From contig CACYCW010000054.1 of assembly GCA_902773015.1 (NCBI GenBank), positions 1 to 35,455 of the forward strand: a stretch of 35,455 bases of DNA, in the 5' to 3' direction. Below the pieces are notes generated by a model, which saw only the letters and a list, made by a program, of their open reading frames with translations, made no database searches and was not told the origin of the DNA. Position numbers and translations under genes: made by a program. The stretch's first letter is position 1, and every line of letters begins with the position of its first letter. This document shows, piece after piece, positions 1-9,322 of the stretch. The DNA comes from an uncultured bacterium (GTDB lineage: Bacteria > Verrucomicrobiota > Kiritimatiellia > RFP12 > UBA1067).

Positions 1-1
1 C

Positions 2-646
2 ATGACGGCCGAGGACCCGATCGAGTACCACATGGCCGGCATCAACCAGGTGCAGATGCAGAGCGAGATCGGCATGACGTTCGCGCGAGCGCTCCGGGCG
101 TTTCTGCGCCAGGATCCGGACATCATCATGGTCGGCGAGATTCGCGATCGTGAGACGGCCGAGATCGCAATCAATGCGTCACTGACGGGGCACATGGTTT
201 TCTCGACGCTGCACACGAACGATGCGGCGGGTGCGTTTCCACGCCTGATCGACATGGGCGTCGAGCCGTTCCTCATCGCCTCGGCCGTGGCAGGTGTGAT
301 GGGTCAGCGCCTCTGCCGTCGGCTCTGTCCCGACTGCAAGAGGGAGGTACCGCTCGACCGCAAGTACTACAATCTCGACTATCCGCCCGGGAGGGAGACG
401 GTCTTCGAGCCGAACGGCTGTGATCATTGCTCGCGAACGGGCTATCGGGGGCGGCGTGCGCTTTTCGAGGTGCTGGAGGTCGACGAGGAGATCGAGGGTG
501 CGATCGTCCGCCGCGAGAACGCGACGCAGATTCGCAACCTCTCTCTCTCCAAGGGCATGAAGACCTTGCGCGAGGACGGTTGGGCAAAGGTTTTCGCGGG
601 CGTCACCTCGGTGAAGGAGATCCTTCGCGTGACCGAGGAGGGCTAG
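2..646 (+). CDS. Type II secretion / type IV pilus assembly ATPase (GspE/PilB family), C-terminal part; 5' end lies outside the window
   Basis: ORF is open from the window edge. Asp box '[12 protein letters not shown]', His box '[13 protein letters not shown]', and tetracysteine CRRLCPDC...CDHC typical of the GspE/PilB C-terminal domain. Confidence 0.9.
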   Translation: MTAEDPIEYHMAGINQVQMQSEIGMTFARALRAFLRQDPDIIMVGEIRDRETAEIAINASLTGHMVFSTLHTNDAAGAFPRLIDMGVEPFLIASAVAGVMGQRLCRRLCPDCKREVPLDRKYYNLDYPPGRETVFEPNGCDHCSRTGYRGRRALFEVLEVDEEIEGAIVRRENATQIRNLSLSKGMKTLREDGWAKVFAGVTSVKEILRVTEEG

Positions 647-668
647 GAGTCGGATTTCTTCGCGGCAC

Positions 669-701
669 CCGACAGCCGTCGATGGCCGTCAACAGCAAAC
701 G
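669..701 (+). repeat. Short 10-bp-phased TCGAyrGC repeat (3 units), member of the intergenic repeat family seen elsewhere in the window
   Basis: ccgacagccg/tcgatggccg/tcaacagcaa, read directly. Lies between the ATPase stop and the galM SD. Confidence 0.5.
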
Positions 702-720
702 AAACTCAAGGAGGGGAAAG

Positions 721-1818
721 ATGACCAAGCCATCATTCGAGATCGCCGATTTCGGTGTGACCAAGTACGGCGAGAAGGCGAGGAAGTTCACGCTGAGGGG
801 CGCCGGCGGTGTCATCCTTGAGGTGAGCGACTACGGCGGAAAGGTCGTGCGTCTCTTCACGCCCGATCGCGACGGCGCGATGAAGGACGTGGTGGTCGGC
901 TTCGACTCGCCCGCCGGATGGGATGACGGCGATCCCTACTGGGGCTGCATCATCGGCCGCTACGGCAACCGCATCGGCGGCGGACGCTTCACGCTTAATG
1001 GTGCCGCCTACCAGCTGCCTGCGCTCAACAACGCGCCGGGCGGCATCGGATGCAACCTGCACGGTGGCGCGCGCGGATGGAACGCCTACGTGTGGGTGGC
1101 GGAGCCGTTCGTGAAGGGGGATGACGTGGGCGTCGTCTTCACTCATGTCTCGCCGGACGGCGATGAGGGCTTCCCGGGCCGTGTTGAGGTCAAGGTCACC
1201 TACACTCTCACCGCGGCGAACGTCTGGCGCGTAGACTATGAGGCCGTGCCGGACAAGGACACGCCGATCAACATAACCCAGCACGTCTACTTCAACTTCA
1301 AGGGTGAGTCCGGCGGGACGATCGAGGATCACGTGATGACGATTGACGCCGACTCCGTGACGCCGACGGATCGCGGGCAGATACCGACGGGTGAGATCCG
1401 CCGCGTTGACGGCACGCCGTTTGACTTCCGTGCCGGGATGCGCATCGGCGAGCGCATCAACGAGCCTGATGAGCAGCTGGAGATCGGCAAGGGCTACGAC
1501 CACAACTGGGTGCTGACGAAGGGCGTGATGGCCGGCGGGCCGGGCGGACTCATCCGTGCCGCAGAGGTGACCTGCCCGCTGAACGGTCGCGCAGTCGAGG
1601 TCTGGACGACTGAACCGTGCCTTCAGGTCTACACGGCAAACTGGGCGAGCTATGACCAGACGGCGAAGGGCGGGGAGCATCTCTCGTTCCGCTGCGGCAT
1701 CGCGCTTGAGACGCAGCACGCACCGGACTCGCCGAACAAGCCTGACTGGCCGACGACGATTGTGTGCGCCGGGGCGACATACCGTTCGACGACGGAGTTC
1801 CGTTTCGGCGTGAGGTAA
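721..1818 (+). CDS. galM: Aldose 1-epimerase (mutarotase)
   Basis: ATG at 721 preceded by AAGGAGG (709-715). Motifs 'GRYGNRI', 'NLHGG', 'GDEGFPG', 'NITQHVYFNF' typical of GalM. The longer 427-start ORF is an unsupported upstream extension. Confidence 0.85.
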   Translation: MTKPSFEIADFGVTKYGEKARKFTLRGAGGVILEVSDYGGKVVRLFTPDRDGAMKDVVVGFDSPAGWDDGDPYWGCIIGRYGNRIGGGRFTLNGAAYQLPALNNAPGGIGCNLHGGARGWNAYVWVAEPFVKGDDVGVVFTHVSPDGDEGFPGRVEVKVTYTLTAANVWRVDYEAVPDKDTPINITQHVYFNFKGESGGTIEDHVMTIDADSVTPTDRGQIPTGEIRRVDGTPFDFRAGMRIGERINEPDEQLEIGKGYDHNWVLTKGVMAGGPGGLIRAAEVTCPLNGRAVEVWTTEPCLQVYTANWASYDQTAKGGEHLSFRCGIALETQHAPDSPNKPDWPTTIVCAGATYRSTTEFRFGVR

Positions 1819-1831
1819 CAGGGCGGACGGG

Positions 1832-2674
1832 ATGGTAGCGCCGCTTTCGAGACTGCTTGTCGTGGCGGGCGCGGGGGACTATCCGCGGCTGGTCGTGGAG
1901 GGTGCCCGTCGCGCGGGTGTCGCCACGGTCGATGTCATTGCGGTGAAGGGTTCCTGCGTACGGGCGACGCGTCAGGCGGCCGACCACGTTTTTCCCTTCG
2001 CCTTGAGCGAGTTCGACCGTGCGATGGAGTGGCTTGAGACGACACGGTATGATGGCGCGATTCTCGCGGGGCAGGTGAGTCCGTTTTCGCTTTTTCGCGG
2101 TCGGCTCGCGCCGACGTTGCGCCAATGGCTCGACGAGATGCCGGTCAAGAACGCGCACACGATCTTCGGCAAACTCATCGCCGAACTCGCGAAGCATGGC
2201 GTGCGGATGCTGCCTGCGAGTTGCTACATGGACGGCAACCTCCCCGGCGTCGGCCAGCTTACGCAGCGCGATCTCACCGATGCGGAACGCGATGACGTGC
2301 GGCGCGGCATCGAGGTCGCGGCGGACGTCGGGCGGCACGACGTCGGGCAGACCGTGCTCGTCAAGTCCGGCATGGTGCTCGCCGTCGAGGCGTTCGAGGG
2401 CACGAACGCGGCGATTCTCCGCGCCGGGCGCCTGAGCCGCGGCTCGGTGCTCTTCAAGGCCGCGCGCGAGGGACATGACTGGCGCTTCGACATACCGGTC
2501 GCGGGGCTGAAGACGCTGAAGACGATGCACCGCGCTGGTGTGACCGCGCTTGCTTTCCAGGCCGGACGCCTCCTGCTCCTCGACCGCGAGGCGTCTGTCG
2601 TCTACGCCGACCGCCATGGCATGGCAGTCGTCGGCATCGACTCGGGGTTGCCGCCCGCACCACTCAGGCCATGA
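1832..2674 (+). CDS. lpxI: UDP-2,3-diacylglucosamine pyrophosphatase LpxI (DUF1009 family)
   Basis: 'GQTVLVKSGMVLAVEAFEGTNAAILRAG' matches the LpxI core. Sits directly upstream of lpxB and overlaps it (ATGA at 2671-2674). Confidence 0.75.
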   Translation: MVAPLSRLLVVAGAGDYPRLVVEGARRAGVATVDVIAVKGSCVRATRQAADHVFPFALSEFDRAMEWLETTRYDGAILAGQVSPFSLFRGRLAPTLRQWLDEMPVKNAHTIFGKLIAELAKHGVRMLPASCYMDGNLPGVGQLTQRDLTDAERDDVRRGIEVAADVGRHDVGQTVLVKSGMVLAVEAFEGTNAAILRAGRLSRGSVLFKAAREGHDWRFDIPVAGLKTLKTMHRAGVTALAFQAGRLLLLDREASVVYADRHGMAVVGIDSGLPPAPLRP

Positions 2675-3915
2675 GGATCCTGCTCCTAGCCGGCGAGGAA
2701 TCGGGTCTCCTGTACGCCGAGCGCATCCGCATCGCAATCCTGGGGATGTGCCCGAGCGCGGAATTCCGCGGTTATGCCGACTACGGGTTTCGAACTGAGG
2801 ATCTGGCAGTGATCGGCATCTTTCCGATACTGCTTCGCCTCTTCTACTTCCTGCGGGTCAAGCGCACGATGGAGCGCGCAATCGATGACTGGCGGCCGGA
2901 TGTCGTCTGCTCGGTCGACTACCCGGGAATGAACCTCAGGCTCACGGCGTACGCGAAGGCGCGCGGCGTCCGTACGGTGCATGTCGTCTGTCCCCAGGTC
3001 TGGGCGTGGAAGAAGGGACGGATACCGAAGATCGAGGCGTCGGTAGACGAGCTGTGCTGCTTCTTTCCGTTCGAGCCTGCGCTGTTCAAGCCGGGTTTCG
3101 CCTCGTTCGTCGGACACCCTCTCGTCGAAGAGATGAGGAAGGAGGCAGGCGAATCGACTGCAGGCGGCAGCGATCGACAGCCGTCGAATGCCTCCGGGGT
3201 CAAGCGGCTGGCGATCCTTCCCGGAAGCCGCATGGGTGAGATCGAGCGGCACCTGCCGATTCTGCTGAGAGTGGTTGCAACGCTTCAGGAGGAGTTCCCC
3301 GATCTTCAGGTCACGATTCCCGCGGCGAGTCCCCGGGCCTACGACAAGATTGTCGCCCTGATGTCGGCGGCCCGGGCCGGTGATCGACGGCTCGCAACGG
3401 CTCGCGACGGCAATAGGCCAGACGACCCTGCGGTCGCCCTCGTTCGCGGTCATGCGCGCGATGCGTTGCGCACCGCCGACGCGGCGGTCGTGGCAAGTGG
3501 AACCGCGACACTCGAGGCGGCTCTCGCGGGATGCCCGACGGTGCTGGTCTATCGCGTGAGCTGGCTCTTTGCGGCAATCCTGAGACGCCTCATCAAGGAC
3601 ATCCGCCATATCGGTCTGGCGAACGTGATTGCCGAGAAGGCCGGCACTCCGTGTCCGATGCCGGAACTTCTGCAGGAGGATTTCACGGATGAGAACGTGC
3701 TCTCGCAGGTTCGGCCCTGGCTGGCGGATTCCGCGGCGAATGCCGCAGCGAGAAGGGCACTGAACGAGACGATGGAGCTTCTGCGCTCCGATGGCGGCGC
3801 GATTGACCGCATCGCCCGTCGTGTTGTTGGGGAGAAAAGCGAACGAGACCCCGAGCCCGCGGGTGTCGCTGGGGCCGACAGGCCATTTTCCGCTGAAAGG
3901 ATGCAGACACGATGA
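2671..3915 (+). CDS. lpxB: Lipid-A-disaccharide synthase
   Basis: N-terminus 'MRILLLAGEESG', 'LPGSRMGEIERHLP', 'ASGTATLEAALAGCPTVLVYR' are typical LpxB (GT19) motifs. Confidence 0.85.
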   Translation: MRILLLAGEESGLLYAERIRIAILGMCPSAEFRGYADYGFRTEDLAVIGIFPILLRLFYFLRVKRTMERAIDDWRPDVVCSVDYPGMNLRLTAYAKARGVRTVHVVCPQVWAWKKGRIPKIEASVDELCCFFPFEPALFKPGFASFVGHPLVEEMRKEAGESTAGGSDRQPSNASGVKRLAILPGSRMGEIERHLPILLRVVATLQEEFPDLQVTIPAASPRAYDKIVALMSAARAGDRRLATARDGNRPDDPAVALVRGHARDALRTADAAVVASGTATLEAALAGCPTVLVYRVSWLFAAILRRLIKDIRHIGLANVIAEKAGTPCPMPELLQEDFTDENVLSQVRPWLADSAANAAARRALNETMELLRSDGGAIDRIARRVVGEKSERDPEPAGVAGADRPFSAERMQTR

Positions 3916-6548
3916 CAGATGAGCAACGTCAGAGAAGGGGGAGCGTCGCGCGGACGCTTCGCTCGATCCGCACACAGTATTCCCTCATGACGGCCTTCTT
4001 CCTGCTGCTTTTGCTGGGCATCTTCTACATCGGCGGGCGCATCGTGCTTGTTCATCTCGTCCGCGAGACCGAGCAGCAGGTGAAGGACGTCGGCCTTGAC
4101 ATCGCGCGACTCGCCTATCGGAATGCCGACCGCATGCGGGACGCGACGGCGGGGCGGGTCGAGCCGTTCGGTCAGCGGCTCGTCGCCGGGCGCGCGGCCG
4201 CCGAGGTGCTCGCCGACGGCAGCGCCCGCGACGTCTCGTTGCTCGTGGGCTACTCGGAAAAGGGCGTGTTTCTCTCTGCCGCGCAGCGCCGCGGCAACGT
4301 GATTGAGCAGCTTGATGTGCAGTCACTTGCACCCTATGCCGATCGCATCTCGGGCTGGATGTCGCACTGGTTGGCCGTGAACGGGTCACGCCCACCTGTC
4401 GGTATCATGCGCCTCCGCGGTGTCACCCATTACATGACGCTCGTCAGGTGCCCCGAGACCGGGATGGGGCTAGTAATCGGAGCGCCGTTCGACATGTCGC
4501 AATTCGCCTCTCAGGTCGGTGAGTCGCACACTGCGTATGACGTGCGGGTGAGGGGAGTGGCAAGTCCGGTCGACGCCTCGGTTCGCCGCGACTCCGCAGC
4601 GTCCGAGACCCCGTTCGGACTCGCCCCCATGCTCTCCGAGGCGCTCAATTTCTATTCGGGCGGATTCTGGAAGGTTGGCACGGAACCGTTCGAGGCCATC
4701 TTCGCGGTGCGGGACATCGCAGGCGGAACGATCTCGACAATTGCCGTCTCGATGCCCCAGGCCTTCGCTCGTGTCACCGGTTCCGCTCTCGGCCGACTGA
4801 CGTTCTTCGTCGCCATGGCGGGCATTTTTCTCATCATTCCGATCTTCTGGCTTCAAGGTCGTCTCTTTCTCAATCCTCTCACGCGCATGACCAAGGAGCT
4901 TCGCTATCTGGCCGAACGTCACGAGGACACAGACTGTCCGCGCATCGAGTGGAGCGGACGCGATGAATTCGCCGTGCTGGCCGAGAGCGTCAATCGGCTT
5001 CTCGAGACGATTGCCGCGCGCACGGTCAGTCTCGGGCAGCTCAAGCTGCGTCAGCGTGCTCTCATCCAGGGCGTCCCGGACGCGCTGGCGGTCTTCGACT
5101 GGCAGGGGCGCCTCGTTTCGCTGACCAAGCAGCCTGAAGGGGTCTTTCCCCTGCCGGGCCTCCGGGTTGACGAGCCGCCGGACGGTTCGGTCTATGGGGC
5201 GGATGGTCTCGCCGCGTTTACCGCCGCGCTCTCGCGAGTCTTCGCCGGCGAAAAAGTCGCCCAGGCGCAACTTTCGCTCGCGGATCCGAAGGAGAAGGCC
5301 AGAAATCGTCATTTCGAGGTGCGGTTGACCAGAATGGATGAACGCTTTGCCCTGGCGATCATCCGTGACGTGACGAATGAGTTCGCCGAGCATGAACTTC
5401 GCCTGGCAGCCGAGCGTCGCGCCCTTGATTTCCTGAAGCGTGAGTCCTTGACTCTTCTTGCCGCCGGCATCGCTCACGACGTCAACAATGTGCTGGCGGT
5501 GATCCTGAGCACGGTCGAGGGTGCTGCGGCATCCGCCGGCGGCAAGGCGGGCGATCCGAGCCTTGCGGCGATTCGCGATGCGGTCAAGCGTGGATCGGCG
5601 ATGACGAAGGAACTGATGACCTTCGCCGGCGAGACCAAGATTGCACTCACTCGCCTCAAGCCGTCGTTCGTCGTCAGGGATGTGCAGATGCTTCTCGAAC
5701 GGGTTGTCGGGAAGAACATCGTCATTTCTTACGAGCTGGCCGATGATGTCCCTGATGTTGATGCCGATCCGAACCAGTTCTGGAAGGTGCTCTTCAACAT
5801 CGTGAAGAACGCGGCCGAGGCAATCGGTTCGCGTCCCGGTCACATCACGATCGCGACGGCGCGTTGCGAGATGTCGGCGGATCTGGCGGCGTCCTTTCGC
5901 TCAGAACACCCGTTGCCCACGGGGCCAGGCACTGTCATTCGCATCACCGACGACGGCCCGGGTGTATCGGTGGACGTGTTGCCGCGTCTTTTCGATCCAT
6001 ACGTGTCGTCGAAATCCCTTGGACGCGGACTTGGGCTCGCGACGGTGCGCACGATCGTCGAGGCGCATGGCGGCGGCATTCGGGTGGCAAGTGAGGTGGA
6101 TCGCGGGACGACTTTCCACATCTTCCTTCCGGCGTCGAGCCTGGAGGCACCCCCCTCGTTGCCGGCCACTTCGGAGGATGGCGTGAAGGAGCCGCTGCCG
6201 ACGGACGTCCTGATCGTGGACAATGACGAGGCGATCCTGAAGACGTGCTCGATTCTGCTGAAGGCGCTGAAGGTCACGCCGCATGTCGCGCGCGACCGTC
6301 ATGAGGCCCTGTCGTTCATTCGCCGTCAGGCCGATCGCGTCGGGGTGATTCTGATGGATGCGCACCTCGGGGAAATCGACACGGTGAGACTCCTGGCGAG
6401 TTTCCGCCTGATTGCGCCGCAGGCGAAGATCGTCCTGTCGTCGGGATCGCGGGAGGAAGACCTGAAGGTGGCCTTCGCAGCCCATCCCTATGATGCATTC
6501 CTCGCCAAGCCCTACACGATTGCTGAACTCAAGGCCACGCTGGGCTGA
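3912..6548 (+). CDS. Hybrid sensor histidine kinase (2 TM + periplasmic sensor, HAMP, PAS-like, HisKA, HATPase, C-terminal receiver)
   Basis: H-box 'AGIAHDVNNVLAVI', N-box 'NIVKNAAEA', G-boxes 'DDGPGV' and 'GRGLGLATV'. Receiver 'VLIVDNDEAIL...ILMDAHL...AKPYT'. Start overlaps the lpxB stop (ATGA). Confidence 0.9.
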   Translation: MTDEQRQRRGSVARTLRSIRTQYSLMTAFFLLLLLGIFYIGGRIVLVHLVRETEQQVKDVGLDIARLAYRNADRMRDATAGRVEPFGQRLVAGRAAAEVLADGSARDVSLLVGYSEKGVFLSAAQRRGNVIEQLDVQSLAPYADRISGWMSHWLAVNGSRPPVGIMRLRGVTHYMTLVRCPETGMGLVIGAPFDMSQFASQVGESHTAYDVRVRGVASPVDASVRRDSAASETPFGLAPMLSEALNFYSGGFWKVGTEPFEAIFAVRDIAGGTISTIAVSMPQAFARVTGSALGRLTFFVAMAGIFLIIPIFWLQGRLFLNPLTRMTKELRYLAERHEDTDCPRIEWSGRDEFAVLAESVNRLLETIAARTVSLGQLKLRQRALIQGVPDALAVFDWQGRLVSLTKQPEGVFPLPGLRVDEPPDGSVYGADGLAAFTAALSRVFAGEKVAQAQLSLADPKEKARNRHFEVRLTRMDERFALAIIRDVTNEFAEHELRLAAERRALDFLKRESLTLLAAGIAHDVNNVLAVILSTVEGAAASAGGKAGDPSLAAIRDAVKRGSAMTKELMTFAGETKIALTRLKPSFVVRDVQMLLERVVGKNIVISYELADDVPDVDADPNQFWKVLFNIVKNAAEAIGSRPGHITIATARCEMSADLAASFRSEHPLPTGPGTVIRITDDGPGVSVDVLPRLFDPYVSSKSLGRGLGLATVRTIVEAHGGGIRVASEVDRGTTFHIFLPASSLEAPPSLPATSEDGVKEPLPTDVLIVDNDEAILKTCSILLKALKVTPHVARDRHEALSFIRRQADRVGVILMDAHLGEIDTVRLLASFRLIAPQAKIVLSSGSREEDLKVAFAAHPYDAFLAKPYTIAELKATLG

Positions 6549-6549
6549 C

Positions 6550-8064
6550 TTACTTGGCGAGCGGTCTCTTTGCGGAGCTCTTCAGATACGGTAGGATGGT
6601 ATCGGCGCAGAGCCGATAACCGTCCGCATCGGGATGCGTGCCGTCCGGAAGCAGATTGATGTCGGGCAGACCCTCCGCATCGGTGAACTTCGCCACGAGA
6701 TCGATGAGGACGACCTTTTCGCCATCGGCCAGCGGGCGGATCAGCTCGTTGATCTTCAGGATCTTCGGCATGATCTCGTCGACGTTCCGGTTCGTTCGGC
6801 GACAATCCCGTTCGCCGCGCCCGTGCGCGACATCACGTGGGAGAATCGAGAAGAGCAACACCTTCGCCTGGGGCTGCTTCCTTCGAACCGCAGCCAGGCA
6901 GGCCCTGATGCCGTTGGCGATGTCCTCGGGCGCGTCCTCCAACACGTTGTTCGTGCCGATCATGATCGTGACAAGGCGAGTGTGGACGCAATCAAGGAAA
7001 CCGCCGTACTCGATGTTCCAGAGGAGATTTTGCGTCTTATCGCCGCCGAACCCGAGGTTGAGGATCCTGTAGCCGTCGAATTTCTCCTTGCGGACGTCAT
7101 TGAACTTCGTCCGTTCGAGGAAGTGGGTGATGGAGTCGCCGAGCCATATGGCATCGTAGTAGTGTTCACTGTTCGCGCAGACCTCTGCGCGCTTGTTGCG
7201 GAGGCGAGGCTCGACTTTCTGCTTGATGTTAGCGAGCCAGTACATCTTCACGTCCGGAAGGGTGGTGCGCGGACCGCTCTTCGGGAGAGCGGTTGGCGCG
7301 GGAGGCGCCGGAGGCTCTGGACGTCTCTTCGTGCGGCCCAGCGCGAAGTCGAGGTAGGGCTTAAGCGACTCGGCCCAGATGGCGTAGCCGGCGGCGCCGG
7401 GATGCAGAAGGTCCTTGGCCATTGACTTCTCGAGGACTCCGTCTGCGGTGAGAAAGCGTGAATTGAAGTCGCACCACAGGGTTCGTTTGCCGTCCGCAAA
7501 CTTGCAGATCACGGAATTGACGACGTCATTGCGCACGCGATTCGGGTCGTTCGTTGTCGCACCGCGCGGAAAGATCGGGTGGAGTACAATTTTCGACTCG
7601 GGATGGTCGCGCGTGAGCCGCCCGAGAACCGACTGGATACCGAGAATCGTGTCGAGCGGCGATTCCTCCACGATGTCATGGTGACCGGTGTTGTTCGTGC
7701 CGATCATGAGGACGAAGATCTTGGGAGAATGGCCGGCGAGCTGATTGTGGTCGAGCCGCCAGAGGATGTGCTCGGTGCGGTCGCCTGAGATGCCGCAGTT
7801 GAGGGCACGGTAGGGTCCTGATGAGAAGTTTGCCTTCCAGACCTCCTTGCCGGCGCTTTCCCAGCCGTGGGTGATCGAGTCGCCAAGGAAGACGATGTCG
7901 TATCGTCCCGTCGCGGCAAGTTCGCGCTTTGCGTCGAAGCGCGGCAGCCACATATTGTGCGTCCAGGGCTTGTCGGGTACGGCTGGCTCGACAGACGGCT
8001 GTCCGAACGAGGTTTCGGCGGCAAGTGCCGCCAACAGCAGAAATCCAATCGACTTTGCGTTCAT
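6550..8064 (-). CDS. Secreted tandem SGNH/GDSL hydrolase (two PAF-acetylhydrolase-like esterase domains)
   Basis: N-terminal signal peptide 'MNAKSIGFLLLAALAAETSFG'. Two GDS blocks ('FLGDSITHGW', 'WLGDSITHF'), each followed by 'G(I/F)(S/G)GD' and 'GTNN', separated by a Pro-rich linker. SD GGAGAAG upstream. Confidence 0.85.
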   Translation of the reverse strand: MNAKSIGFLLLAALAAETSFGQPSVEPAVPDKPWTHNMWLPRFDAKRELAATGRYDIVFLGDSITHGWESAGKEVWKANFSSGPYRALNCGISGDRTEHILWRLDHNQLAGHSPKIFVLMIGTNNTGHHDIVEESPLDTILGIQSVLGRLTRDHPESKIVLHPIFPRGATTNDPNRVRNDVVNSVICKFADGKRTLWCDFNSRFLTADGVLEKSMAKDLLHPGAAGYAIWAESLKPYLDFALGRTKRRPEPPAPPAPTALPKSGPRTTLPDVKMYWLANIKQKVEPRLRNKRAEVCANSEHYYDAIWLGDSITHFLERTKFNDVRKEKFDGYRILNLGFGGDKTQNLLWNIEYGGFLDCVHTRLVTIMIGTNNVLEDAPEDIANGIRACLAAVRRKQPQAKVLLFSILPRDVAHGRGERDCRRTNRNVDEIMPKILKINELIRPLADGEKVVLIDLVAKFTDAEGLPDINLLPDGTHPDADGYRLCADTILPYLKSSAKRPLAK

Positions 8065-8102
8065 CTCATCTTCTCCAGAGTTGGGGTTGACAGATGGATG
8101 GG

Positions 8103-8132
8103 ATTATATCACAAAATCCGACTGAATATCAA
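8103..8132 (-). promoter_or_regulatory. Sigma70-type promoter for the SGNH gene: -35 TTGATA, 18-bp spacer, extended -10 TGATATAAT
   Basis: Reverse complement of 8103-8111 is TGATATAAT, and of 8127-8132 is TTGATA. About 32 nt upstream of the ATG (8064). Confidence 0.6.
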
Positions 8133-8292
8133 ATCAACCGATTCGATGACCGCGACCTTCTCCTTCGCGCGGCTTTCAAGGGTGTTTCATCGTGTCGCTG
8201 TTGCTGTTCCCGCCATCACCAACCTTTTTGATCCACAGTGTCTGTACGGATACTGCTGCACGAATGGATAAGCTCGGGCACTTTTGCAGCCG

Positions 8293-8583
8293 TCAGTTTG
8301 CCTTATCGATTTTCGCGACGAGGTCATTCACCCAAGATATCGCCTCGTCAACAGTGGGCAGAACACCAAGACTTTCCTTTGCCGCAACATAGAGATCATC
8401 CCATCCTTCACCCTTGACAATGAGCGGCGGCCAAGTTTGCTTTTGCCTGTAAGCAAAGAGGCTGCGGCAAGTCGAAAGCGTCTTTGCCTAGTCGATTTTG
8501 GCGTTGTTTATGACAATCTGAAGATCGACGAAATCACGAGCGCGATTCGTGTTGGGAGTGCTGTTACACCATCCGAGGAGGAC
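8293..8583 (-). pseudogene. Possible gene remnant: minus-strand reading frame interrupted by an in-frame TAG (8488-8490)
   Basis: Hand translation gives '...VLLGWCNSTPNTNRARDFVDLQIVINNAKID*AKTLSTCRSLFAYRQKQTWPPLIVKGEGWDDLYVAAKESLGVLPTVDEAISWVNDLVAKIDKAN*'. The second half looks protein-like. No start codon or family recognised. Confidence 0.25.
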
Positions 8584-8589
8584 GACACA

Positions 8590-8763
8590 GTGAATGATAG
8601 CAAAATCGCCGCGAAACTGCGAGCGAACCTGAAGAAATTCTTGGGGGAACTCTCTCCCCATTTTTCCAAGCCGAAACTGGCGTTTCTCGGAGACATGATC
8701 TATGGATTACTGGCAGGAGTCGACGTGAAGCTTTCCGAAAGTTGCTCAAATATTCTCATCTGA
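8590..8763 (+). pseudogene. Possible N-terminal remnant of an IS4/IS701-like transposase (no catalytic domain present)
   Basis: 'LRANLKKFLGELSPHFSKPKLAFLGDMIYGLLAGVDVKLSE' resembles the N-terminal region of IS4/IS701-type transposases. The frame ends after about 55 aa and no DDE domain follows. Lies in the AT-richer island. Confidence 0.3.
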
Positions 8764-9262
8764 AGAACATGGCGGCCATAGTCCTGACCACAGCTCACTT
8801 CTCCATGACGTGGATCGGAAACTCGGACAAACGCGCAATCCTGGCCAAAAGCATTGCCGATGCCTCGCTGAGAATTCACAAACTGCCGGAATTCCATTTC
8901 TATGCAATTGCCGATGGAATCAGAATGCTGCTCTCCAGATGCGGACGGTGGAATGGAATCAACGATGATGACATAACCCCGGAGCATGATCTCTTCCGAT
9001 TCTTCGGCTGCGAATGCGACTGACTCGTACCGTTGTGTTCAGAGCCATAAAAACGCACATCGTCAAAATCACCCCAAATTTTCCTAAAAGTGGTTTTCCA
9101 CTTATCGCAACGTCAAAAAACGCATTCCACCCTTTGTTTATAGGGGTCCGCGCGATTTTGGCCGAAAAAATTGGGGAACCTCGAGGACGCGCATCATTGA
9201 CCGTCTCATAGCCGGGTTGTGTAAAGCCTAGCATATTCTTGCCGGAAAACATAGCACTAATC

Positions 9263-9292
9263 TTGTTTCGCGGCCATCGTCTGTGCTATAAT
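9263..9292 (+). promoter_or_regulatory. Promoter of the DoxX/ETF cluster: -35 TTGTTT, 18-bp spacer, extended -10 TGCTATAAT
   Basis: TGCTATAAT at 9284-9292, 31 nt upstream of the ATG at 9323. Same extended -10 type as the other promoters in the window. Confidence 0.55.
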
Positions 9293-9322
9293 ACGACCAG
9301 CAGGAAGGGAAAGGATTCTGAC

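Noticed and set aside
427-720. N-terminal 98-aa extension of the galM ORF, overlapping the secretion ATPase gene.
   Set aside because: It is Arg/Gly-rich and non-protein-like, and it overlaps a real CDS in another frame. A strong SD plus ATG at 721 gives a normal GalM N-terminus.
8284-9252. ORFs 8284-8763(+), 8742-9023(+), 8700-8987(-) and 8959-9252(-) as intact genes.
   Set aside because: They mutually overlap, have no SD or promoter, and are mosaics of different apparent coding strands. Only fragments look protein-like, so they are treated as debris.
9239-9322. Alternative (non-ATG) start at 9239 for the DoxX-fusion gene.
   Set aside because: It would place the start upstream of the TGCTATAAT promoter element (9284-9292). 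The ATG at 9323 gives a normal short cytoplasmic N-terminus.
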